DNA of 20,000 bases, taken from an uncultured virus (IMG/VR IMGVR_UViG_3300021185_002503). Taxonomy: Duplodnaviria; Heunggongvirae; Uroviricota; Caudoviricetes. The position numbers were made by a program, and so were the translations under genes. The stretch lies in the IMG/VR virus record IMGVR_UViG_3300021185_002503, one strand, 5' to 3'. Shown here piece by piece: positions 1 to 6,753 of the stretch (positions are counted from its first letter, which is position 1; every line of letters starts with the position of its first letter). Below the pieces are notes generated by a model that saw only the letters and a list, made by a program, of their open reading frames with translations, made no database searches and was not told the origin of the DNA.

Positions 1-628
1 AAAAGAAATACAAGCTGATATATTAAACGTACTCGTAGGTTATAACGACCTAATTGCTAAAATGTATCCTAAAGCAATGTCAGGTGGAAAATTTAAAAGT
101 GGCATGACTGTAGATAAAATGGTTAAAGAAGATGCAGAAACAATTGAAGAAGTAATGTCGCTCGATAGACTAAAAAAGAAGTTTAAAAGGGACATTGATA
201 ACTATAATAAAAGAAATAAAGACTTGCCAAAAAACGTAGAGAAGGCACTTCAAATGTTTGCTATTAAAAATGGTGAAATTAAAACTGATGACCCAGAAGA
301 ATTTGACGATTGGTTAATGCAAAATATTGAAGAAGCTACTATTGAAGAAGCAAGAATGCCTATGTACAAACAAACTAAGTTTGAAGGTAAAGAGTTCGAT
401 AGAAAGAAAGAAATTAAAAGTTTAAAGAACATGCAAAAAGCACTTCATAAACTCGCAAAGATGCAAGATGATATGCAATACACTGCAGAAACGGGTGGAA
501 CTAGTAAAGACGGAAATCCAAATGCAATTTATCAAGCTCTAGTAGAATGTGAATGGGCACTATTTGCATACATGGGTGGTATCGAAAGAGGTAAATGGGA
601 CGGTACTATAGACATGGATAGAGATTAA
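1..628 (+). CDS. C-terminal part of a Lys/Glu-rich hypothetical protein (possible internal head protein), 5'-truncated by the window
   Basis: The frame of ORF 62..628 is open back to base 2 (KEIQADILNVLVGYNDLIAK-MYPK), so the true start is probably upstream. Acidic linkers VKEDAETIEE and NIEEATIEEA separate basic segments. Confidence 0.7.
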   Translation, partial: KEIQADILNVLVGYNDLIAKMYPKAMSGGKFKSGMTVDKMVKEDAETIEEVMSLDRLKKKFKRDIDNYNKRNKDLPKNVEKALQMFAIKNGEIKTDDPEEFDDWLMQNIEEATIEEARMPMYKQTKFEGKEFDRKKEIKSLKNMQKALHKLAKMQDDMQYTAETGGTSKDGNPNAIYQALVECEWALFAYMGGIERGKWDGTIDMDRD

Positions 629-629
629 A

Positions 630-959
630 TTGAAAGACTTTAAGGAATTTAGAGAAAATAAAGGACCATGCTGGGACGGCTATGTACAAGTTGGTACAAA
701 GATGAAGAACGGCAAAAAGGTTCCTAATTGTGTTCCTAAAGAAGAAGTAGAAGAAGCACCTTTGGTAATGAACGACCTTGATATGGCATCTACACTATTC
801 AAAGATATCAAAGATAAAATGATGAAAAACAATAGGCAAAAGAATAGAGAGAAAAACTGGCCAATGCTTCAGCAACTTGCTTCAATGGCTGGGTTTGGTA
901 TAACTAAAAAGGGTCAATCCAAGGAAAAATCGTTCAGATACGATTTAAAGAAAAAGTAA
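630..959 (+). CDS. Hypothetical protein with capsid-targeting-like N-terminus and a CWDGY...VPNCVP Cys-pair motif
   Basis: TTG start 1 nt after the previous stop. N-terminus MKDFKEFRE; motif GPCWDGYVQVGTKMKNGKKVPNCVP. Stop overlaps the next ATG (TAATG). Confidence 0.7.
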   Translation: MKDFKEFRENKGPCWDGYVQVGTKMKNGKKVPNCVPKEEVEEAPLVMNDLDMASTLFKDIKDKMMKNNRQKNREKNWPMLQQLASMAGFGITKKGQSKEKSFRYDLKKK

Positions 960-1312
960 TGAAAACATTTAAAGTATTTACAGTAGAGTCAGTCGAAAAA
1001 GCAAAAAAGGCTATACAAAAAGCAAAGTATTACGATAAGGGTTGGAGCCCTGATTTCGATAAAGGTGGCTCAGCAAAAGGCGATTGGGCGAAAGCGCATA
1101 TTGATTTATACAATACAAAAGGCGGTGAAAAAATCATCGATAAAATTGCTAAGAAACATAAAGAATTAAAAGTTGTTAAAATTAGTCGTGAAGAAATTCA
1201 AGTTATTGGAAGCTCAAAAGCTATAGCAGACCTGAAAAAAGAATACGGCCAAAATCAAAAGAAAGCCAAAGATAGCAATTGGGAAAAAAGAGTTTGGAGT
1301 GCCAAAATATGA
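959..1312 (+). CDS. Hypothetical basic protein, putative internal head protein
   Basis: N-terminus MKTFKVFTVE resembles T4 internal protein starts. Translationally coupled on both sides. Confidence 0.7.
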   Translation: MKTFKVFTVESVEKAKKAIQKAKYYDKGWSPDFDKGGSAKGDWAKAHIDLYNTKGGEKIIDKIAKKHKELKVVKISREEIQVIGSSKAIADLKKEYGQNQKKAKDSNWEKRVWSAKI

Positions 1313-1593
1313 TGGGTAGTAGACCATATATCGGATTTAAAGCTTTTTATGCAATGGCAACTGAAGAAGATTTACCTAATGAAGGTAAGAACAAAGGTGA
1401 ATCTTGGGAAGATGGATTTAAAAGAAGAGTTGTAAAAACAACAAAACCTGACCATAAAGAAGATGGTTATAATTGGAGAATTAAAGGTAAGGATAGAGAA
1501 GAAGTTACCATTAAGCTATATAAAAAGAAACCCGATTATAAAGAATTTGTAAAACAAATGAAAAGAGTAGCAGGACACGAGTTCGGTGGATAA
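1309..1593 (+). CDS. Hypothetical basic protein
   Basis: ATG at 1309 forms an ATGA overlap with the upstream stop, so it is preferred over 1279. Lys-rich; N-terminal FKAF...TEE may be a divergent targeting motif. Confidence 0.65.
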   Translation: MMGSRPYIGFKAFYAMATEEDLPNEGKNKGESWEDGFKRRVVKTTKPDHKEDGYNWRIKGKDREEVTIKLYKKKPDYKEFVKQMKRVAGHEFGG

Positions 1594-1954
1594 ATTTTTA
1601 AATTACATCGAAGAAAGATTTGGAATCTATGAGGGATTAACAGTTCCTTTAGAACAACCTATGATTGAGGGACCAGAGCCAGAGTTAAATAAACCAAGCA
1701 GAAGCTCAGGACCAAAGAAATATGTTGTATATGTTAAAAATCCTAAAACAGGAAACGTAAAGAAAATTAATTTTGGCGACGAAAAAGGAGGGTTAACCTC
1801 TAAAATAAACGATAGAGACGCGGCAAGAAATTTCGCATCTCGTCATAACTGCGATACTAAAACGGATAAGCTATCACCAGGATACTGGTCATGTAGATTA
1901 CCAAAGTATGCAAAGGATTTAGGGCTAAAAGGCGGTGGAAACTATTTTTGGTAA
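1586..1954 (+). CDS. Conserved viral hypothetical protein (KKINFGD...F.SRHNC...PGYWSC type)
   Basis: GTG start overlapping the upstream gene; N-terminus MDKFLNYIEE. The motif pattern is recalled from large DNA virus and T4-like phage proteins of unknown function. Confidence 0.65.
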   Translation: MDKFLNYIEERFGIYEGLTVPLEQPMIEGPEPELNKPSRSSGPKKYVVYVKNPKTGNVKKINFGDEKGGLTSKINDRDAARNFASRHNCDTKTDKLSPGYWSCRLPKYAKDLGLKGGGNYFW

Positions 1955-2228
1955 AAAACCATATTGGGAAGAAGGTGATATAAGAACCTTTGACCTACAA
2001 AGTGATGATGCTGAATATGTTTGGCATCGTGATTTTGAAGATAGAGAAATCGAAGTTCTGGAAGGTGAAGGATGGCAATTTCAAATAGAAAATTGTCTCC
2101 CATGGTTGTTAAAGAAAGGAATGGTATTTGATATTAAAAAATTCGAATATCATAGATTAATAAAGGGGGTTACCCCATTAAAATGTAGGGTTTATTTATA
2201 TGGCAACGGCAGCAGAGCAACGAACTGA
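1935..2228 (+). CDS. Small cupin-like protein
   Basis: WHRD..DREIEVLEGEGWQFQ followed by FDIKKFEYHRLIKG fits the two-motif cupin beta-barrel pattern. The exact start is uncertain. Confidence 0.55.
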   Translation: METIFGKKPYWEEGDIRTFDLQSDDAEYVWHRDFEDREIEVLEGEGWQFQIENCLPWLLKKGMVFDIKKFEYHRLIKGVTPLKCRVYLYGNGSRATN

Positions 2229-2499
2229 ACAAGCTAATCGATTAGATAGAATCGAAAAGAAAATTGATATAATGCAAGATGCGATTGTAGCCTTAGCTAG
2301 GGCTGAAGAAAAAATCACCACGTTGACCGATTTTGGTAAACAACAAGGAGAACAAATCCTAGCTCTTATAAATAGAGTTGATAGGTTAGAAGACTTAGTT
2401 AGAAGTAATGCTAGCACAGTCTCAGTAATTAACAAAATATTCTGGGTAGTCATTGCGGCGGCAGCCACTGGGATTACAGGAATGCTTTTTATGCATTAA
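2200..2499 (+). CDS. Coiled-coil protein with C-terminal transmembrane helix
   Basis: Heptad pattern (RLDRIEKKIDIMQDAIVALARAEEKI) followed by hydrophobic IFWVVIAAAATGITGMLF. Confidence 0.7.
   Translation: MATAAEQRTEQANRLDRIEKKIDIMQDAIVALARAEEKITTLTDFGKQQGEQILALINRVDRLEDLVRSNASTVSVINKIFWVVIAAAATGITGMLFMH
2367..2374 (+). promoter_or_regulatory. Possible T4-type late promoter for the gene at 2515
   Basis: Exact TATAAATA inside the upstream CDS, about 140 nt before ATG 2515, which has AGGAG at 2501. Could occur by chance in AT-rich DNA. Confidence 0.4.
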
Positions 2500-2514
2500 T
2501 AGGAGAATTTAAAA

Positions 2515-3300
2515 ATGGCAAAATTGCATGATAAAGAAACTCAAAGCATTGCTGCTACAGTAAGTGATGTACTTGAGGGTAAAGTAAAGAAAGAGGAAGT
2601 TAAATATCCTCACATGATGTATAATCCAAAAAATGGTGAAGGCGTTGAAGTCAAAGATAAGGCTGAACACGAAAAATACCAGAAAATGGGTTGGGGTCAT
2701 GATAAACCAAAAAATGAATCACCTGAAGAGCCAAAAGCTCCAGACGGAAAAAATGGTCCACAGACTGGTGAAAAAGACTTTAAAGGTAAACATAAGGTCA
2801 AAAAATCTGGTAAAACAGTAGACGGCTCTGATGTTAAAGAAGAAGTGGAGGAAGTAACTATCACTTTAGACGAAGCAAAAAAGCCTGGTAAGGGTAAGGA
2901 AAAAGCTGACATCGATTGGATTGGAAGTAATGCTGACGCTAAGGCAGCAGAAAAAAAATTCAAAGTTAAAATTAAACTAAAAGGTCGTGGAACAGCTGAC
3001 GTTACCGGAGAAAAGAAAAATATTGTAGCTATGTTATCAGATAACGATACATACGGTATGGATATGGACGATATCGCAGATATCTTTCCAGAACTATTTG
3101 AAGCTAAAGTTGCAGAAACTGCACCTGAAGTAGAAGTAGATGAATTATCAGATAAACAAAAGAGATACCAAGACTTCTTTAAAAAGGCTTTAAAGAAATT
3201 TGGTGTAGCGTCACCGGCAGAACTCGATAAAGAGAAAAGAAAAGAATTCTTTGATTACGTCGATAAAAACTATGATGCAGGCGAAGGAGAAAGCGACTAA
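2515..3300 (+). CDS. Modular Lys/Glu-rich protein (possible prohead core or internal polyprotein)
   Basis: SD AGGAG. Basic modules are separated by acidic linkers (VKEEVEEVTITLDEA, LFEA, VEVDE). C-terminal helical module YQDFFKKALKKFGVASPAELDKEKRKEFFDYVD. Confidence 0.7.
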   Translation: MAKLHDKETQSIAATVSDVLEGKVKKEEVKYPHMMYNPKNGEGVEVKDKAEHEKYQKMGWGHDKPKNESPEEPKAPDGKNGPQTGEKDFKGKHKVKKSGKTVDGSDVKEEVEEVTITLDEAKKPGKGKEKADIDWIGSNADAKAAEKKFKVKIKLKGRGTADVTGEKKNIVAMLSDNDTYGMDMDDIADIFPELFEAKVAETAPEVEVDELSDKQKRYQDFFKKALKKFGVASPAELDKEKRKEFFDYVDKNYDAGEGESD

Positions 3301-3668
3301 TGAAAGATTTTTTTCAATTAAGACAAGAAATTAAAGTAAACGAAGATGTCAGAGACATGAAGAACTTTGACGATAGAAATCGTAAAGGTTTTGAAGCCAG
3401 AGCATACATTGAAGTAAAAAAAGGTAATACTAATAATAAATTCGATGATAACTTTGGATTCGATAAATCTGAAATGGAATATATGGATAAACTGATTAGT
3501 AAAATCAAGGGAATGCATGTATCTAGCTTTGATGGAGGTTCTTCAGGACCAGCATCTTTAGAATTCTATGGTAAAAAAGCATCTTTAGATAAATTTGCTA
3601 AAGACAGAAAAGTACAACAGATTGCTAAAAAATATAAGTCAAAGGTAGAAGTATTCCTTAACAAATAG
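3300..3668 (+). CDS. Hypothetical protein, putative internal head protein
   Basis: TAATG coupling to the upstream gene; N-terminus MKDFFQLRQEIKVNE. Confidence 0.7.
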   Translation: MKDFFQLRQEIKVNEDVRDMKNFDDRNRKGFEARAYIEVKKGNTNNKFDDNFGFDKSEMEYMDKLISKIKGMHVSSFDGGSSGPASLEFYGKKASLDKFAKDRKVQQIAKKYKSKVEVFLNK

Positions 3669-3682
3669 TATAGCCGAAAGGT

Positions 3683-3690
3683 TATAAATA
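3683..3690 (+). promoter_or_regulatory. T4-type late promoter TATAAATA
   Basis: Exact consensus in an intergenic gap, 5 nt before ATG 3696. Overlaps the hairpin TATAGCC-GAAA-GGTTATA (3669-3686). Confidence 0.8.
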
Positions 3691-3695
3691 ACTAT

Positions 3696-4067
3696 ATGAT
3701 GAAAGTATTTGATAAGCTGAATAGAAAAAACTTTAAGCTCTATGCATCTGCGAATTATAATAATCCAGAATGTATAGATGTTGAAGAATTTAAAGAAGAT
3801 GTAAATCGCTTTAAGTATATTAAACGATTACTGAGCAGATATGAAGCTCATGGCGATTTACAAGAACGATTAATATTAAATCACTTAATTGTGATTTTTA
3901 ATGTTTTCGGTATAGATGCTGCTAGCAAGATGTTATGGTATAAAGTGAGGGCAGAACACTGGACTTATATAAAACCATTTTTAGTCTACTTGCATTATTT
4001 ACCTGAAGACGATAGAGTAGAAATTGCTATGGACCCTTACATTGTTGAGGTACTAAGGAAACTATAA
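3696..4067 (+). CDS. Conserved hypothetical protein of T4-like phages
   Basis: Pattern YNNPEC..VEEFKEDVNRFKYIKRLL...ERLILNHLIVIFNVFG is recalled as conserved in marine T4-like myoviruses. Confidence 0.75.
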   Translation: MMKVFDKLNRKNFKLYASANYNNPECIDVEEFKEDVNRFKYIKRLLSRYEAHGDLQERLILNHLIVIFNVFGIDAASKMLWYKVRAEHWTYIKPFLVYLHYLPEDDRVEIAMDPYIVEVLRKL

Positions 4068-4651
4068 TGGGATTAATATCAAGAGCTGGAGATATATTTT
4101 ATGCACTTAGATTCCTAAGATTATTAACAAAGTCTTGGGATGATATGGATGCATTTAAATACGGCATTATTGACAATAATGGTAAAGTATTGCGAAAAGC
4201 TAGTACTTTAAAAAATCCTGTAGAAAAAAGTTCATATACAATTTTTCATAGGTTAGTATTTAATCTAAAAAGATTATTAAATAAGTTACCTATAGGTAAA
4301 ACAAAACTTGCATCATATGCAACGGCTTTATTTTTAGTAAAAGAACATAGTGGAATGACCGAAAGCGAAATGGAAGATGTTCTTAATAAAGTTTTAGAAG
4401 ATTGGGAAGTAGATACAGTGAATGAGCAATGGTTCCAAAAGGATGGTAAAATTAATCCAGGTAAATATACCTTAAAGGAAGATGTTATATCATTAAATAC
4501 AGGAGAACCTATTGCTAGAGCTAAAGATATTGTAGAAGTAAAAGAAGCAATATCACCAGTCGGCAGTATATTTGGTACAGATATTTTCGAAGTAAAACAT
4601 CTTAAAACGAACCAAAGTATATATATTAATAGCGGGGAAATAACTAGATGA
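4067..4651 (+). CDS. Conserved hypothetical protein of T4-like phages
   Basis: DAFKYGIIDNNGKVL...EKSSYTIFHRLVFNLKRLL pattern; coupled to neighbours on both sides. Confidence 0.75.
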   Translation: MGLISRAGDIFYALRFLRLLTKSWDDMDAFKYGIIDNNGKVLRKASTLKNPVEKSSYTIFHRLVFNLKRLLNKLPIGKTKLASYATALFLVKEHSGMTESEMEDVLNKVLEDWEVDTVNEQWFQKDGKINPGKYTLKEDVISLNTGEPIARAKDIVEVKEAISPVGSIFGTDIFEVKHLKTNQSIYINSGEITR

Positions 4652-4893
4652 AATCATTTAAAGAAGTATGGGAAATGGCAGCCAACTCAGTAGGTGCTGG
4701 TGGCGTTTCAATGCCAGCAGATGTTGTTTTCGATAAAAAGAAAAAGAAGCAAGAAAAAAGAATATATGACGGTAGAACTAAAGAAGGTCGTAAATTCGTA
4801 GAAAGAATGCTTGCAAGAAGAACAGCTAAAGAAAATAAACAGAAGTTGGTACAAGCTCAAAAGAATGCGGAAACTATAAAGACTAAAGAGTAA
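4648..4893 (+). CDS. Small basic protein with capsid-targeting-like N-terminus
   Basis: Starts MKSFKEVWE-MAANSVGAGGV; contains DGRTKEGRKFVERM. Confidence 0.7.
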   Translation: MKSFKEVWEMAANSVGAGGVSMPADVVFDKKKKKQEKRIYDGRTKEGRKFVERMLARRTAKENKQKLVQAQKNAETIKTKE

Positions 4894-4897
4894 TAAT

Positions 4898-5266
4898 ATG
4901 AGTAAAATATTGATTGGAATTATTGTTGTTATGGGTTTAGGAAGTTACATTCTTTGGAATCAAAATGCAGAACTTAATAAGCTCAACCTAGCGTATGAGG
5001 TTAAGTTCGAAGAACAAGAGAGAACGATTCAAGCTATTCAGCAAAATCTAGAATCTACCGCAAAAAATTTAAAAAATTTACAAGTACAAAATCAACAATA
5101 CGAAGCAGAAATGACTGAGTATTTGGATATATTTAGAAGACATAATATTGCTAAGTTGGCGAGTGCAAAACCAGGCATGATTGAAAAACGTGCTAATGAT
5201 AGAACAAAGGAGGCATTTGATGCAATTGAAGCAGATAGTAATCGCATTTCTAGCCTTAACGATTAG
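4898..5266 (+). CDS. Inner-membrane spanin subunit (Rz-like)
   Basis: N-terminal TM helix (ILIGIIVVMGLGSYILW) then a long coiled coil. The 3' end overlaps a lipoprotein gene, the typical two-component spanin layout. Confidence 0.75.
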   Translation: MSKILIGIIVVMGLGSYILWNQNAELNKLNLAYEVKFEEQERTIQAIQQNLESTAKNLKNLQVQNQQYEAEMTEYLDIFRRHNIAKLASAKPGMIEKRANDRTKEAFDAIEADSNRISSLND

Positions 5267-5714
5267 TGGCTGTTCCATACTTGGACCAAGAGAAGTCGAA
5301 GTAAAAACAGTTCCAATAAAGCTTGATATAGTACAACCAGTTTTACCAAGGCCCTTGGATTTAAAAGAGCCAAAATGGTATGTCGTTTCTGATACAAAGA
5401 TAATTGAAAATTGTCTTAAAGACCCAGAAACGAAAAAGCCTAATTGTAAATTAGGTAGAGAAGATTTATATCCAGAGGGATATACATATCTAGATAGGTT
5501 TATCGATGATATTAAAAAGAAGCATGGTGGCGATATAGTATTCGTAGCTATGACGGTAGCGGATTATGAGAATATGTCTTATAATACGCAAGAGATAAAA
5601 AGATACATAAACCAGTTAGGCGAAGTGATAGTTTATTATAGGAATGTAACAATAAATGATAAAGATGCTGGAGCAATTGAAATTAAAGTGGAGAAAAAAG
5701 ATGGCAACGAGTAG
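5220..5714 (+). CDS. Outer-membrane spanin lipoprotein (Rz1-like)
   Basis: SD AAGGAGG then ATG 5220. Signal peptide MQLKQIVIAFLALTISG-C with lipobox, a Pro-rich stretch (QPVLPRPLDLKEPKW) and a C-terminal helix. Confidence 0.75.
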   Translation: MQLKQIVIAFLALTISGCSILGPREVEVKTVPIKLDIVQPVLPRPLDLKEPKWYVVSDTKIIENCLKDPETKKPNCKLGREDLYPEGYTYLDRFIDDIKKKHGGDIVFVAMTVADYENMSYNTQEIKRYINQLGEVIVYYRNVTINDKDAGAIEIKVEKKDGNE

Positions 5715-6459
5715 AATGAAAGATTTACACCATTGGGAAAGAGCAGCTTATGCAGCTAAACTTTCTGCAATAGCGTATATGAAACCAGATAAGGCAGAAG
5801 CAGCTGCAAAGAAATTAGGATTTCCATGGGCGAAATTAATTTCTAAAGATGGAGCTGAAGTATTAGTAGCAAAAGATAGAAATGATTTATGGTTTGCTTT
5901 CAGAGGAACAGAACCTTCTAAATTAAATGATGTAATGGCAGACTTAAATGTTATTAAGAACACAGCAAAAGCTGGTGGTAAAGTACACGGCGGATTTCAA
6001 AAAGAAGTTAACGATTTATGGATGGATGTATTAGCTGAAATTGAACATAACGACCAATTAAAGGTTAGAAAAGATGTTTGGTTCACAGGACATTCATTAG
6101 GTGCAGCAATGGCAACAATCGCCTCCACTCGATATGCCGGCACAGAAGAACTATTCACATTCGGTTCACCAAGAGTTGGTGGTCCAAAATTTGTAAAGAA
6201 CATTAAAGTAAAACATTACAGGTTTATGAATAATAACGATATCGTATGTCGTATCCCACCTGCATGGTTAGGATTCAGACATCACGGTGAAATGATTTAC
6301 TTTAATAGATTAGGCGACCTCCAAGCTAAACCAACTTGGCGCGATATGTTTCACGGGATATTTAACTCATGGAAAAGATTTAAATTCTTTGATGGTATAG
6401 TAGACCATGGAATGCCAAACTATGTGAAGGCACTTAATAAATTAAAAAAGAAGGTATAA
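5701..6459 (+). CDS. Class 3 lipase / phospholipase (alpha/beta hydrolase)
   Basis: AFRGTE, VHGGF, nucleophile elbow TGHSLGAA (GHSLG at 6088-6102), TFGSPRVG, DIVCRIPP (Asp) and C-terminal DH (His). SD GGAG before ATG 5701. Confidence 0.9.
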   Translation: MATSRMKDLHHWERAAYAAKLSAIAYMKPDKAEAAAKKLGFPWAKLISKDGAEVLVAKDRNDLWFAFRGTEPSKLNDVMADLNVIKNTAKAGGKVHGGFQKEVNDLWMDVLAEIEHNDQLKVRKDVWFTGHSLGAAMATIASTRYAGTEELFTFGSPRVGGPKFVKNIKVKHYRFMNNNDIVCRIPPAWLGFRHHGEMIYFNRLGDLQAKPTWRDMFHGIFNSWKRFKFFDGIVDHGMPNYVKALNKLKKKV

Positions 6460-6460
6460 T

Positions 6461-6712
6461 ATGCACTGGTTAATAATTTTATCTCTCAAGTCCATTCTAT
6501 CTTCAGTTATTGGTTCTTCGTTTTATCAGTGGTTCCAGGGTACAACCCTCGGCATTTGGTTCCAAAAACAAGTCGATAGATTTATGGAATACTTTGCAGA
6601 AAAGTATGAGCTTGAGCTCATGAAAAAGGATGCTAAATTTAGAAAGCAATATCCTTTGGCTGCAGACCGTATAGATAATCTTGAAAAAGAGCTAAAAAAA
6701 CTCAAAAAGTAG
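6461..6712 (+). CDS. Small protein with hydrophobic N-terminus and basic coiled-coil tail
   Basis: MHWLIILSLKSILSSVIGSSFYQWF...RIDNLEKELKKLKK; last gene before a new promoter. Confidence 0.65.
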   Translation: MHWLIILSLKSILSSVIGSSFYQWFQGTTLGIWFQKQVDRFMEYFAEKYELELMKKDAKFRKQYPLAADRIDNLEKELKKLKK

Positions 6713-6741
6713 TGTACATTATACCAGTTTTATGGTATAAT
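6713..6741 (+). promoter_or_regulatory. Sigma70-like early/middle promoter for nrdA
   Basis: TGTACA (6713-6718), 17-nt spacer, TATAAT (6736-6741) with TGn extension. Confidence 0.8.
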
Positions 6742-6753
6742 AGTTAATATAAA

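Noticed and set aside
2200..2499. Holin or spanin call for the coiled-coil/TM protein
   Set aside because: A coiled coil with a C-terminal TM helix is not diagnostic, and the gene is not next to the lysis genes.
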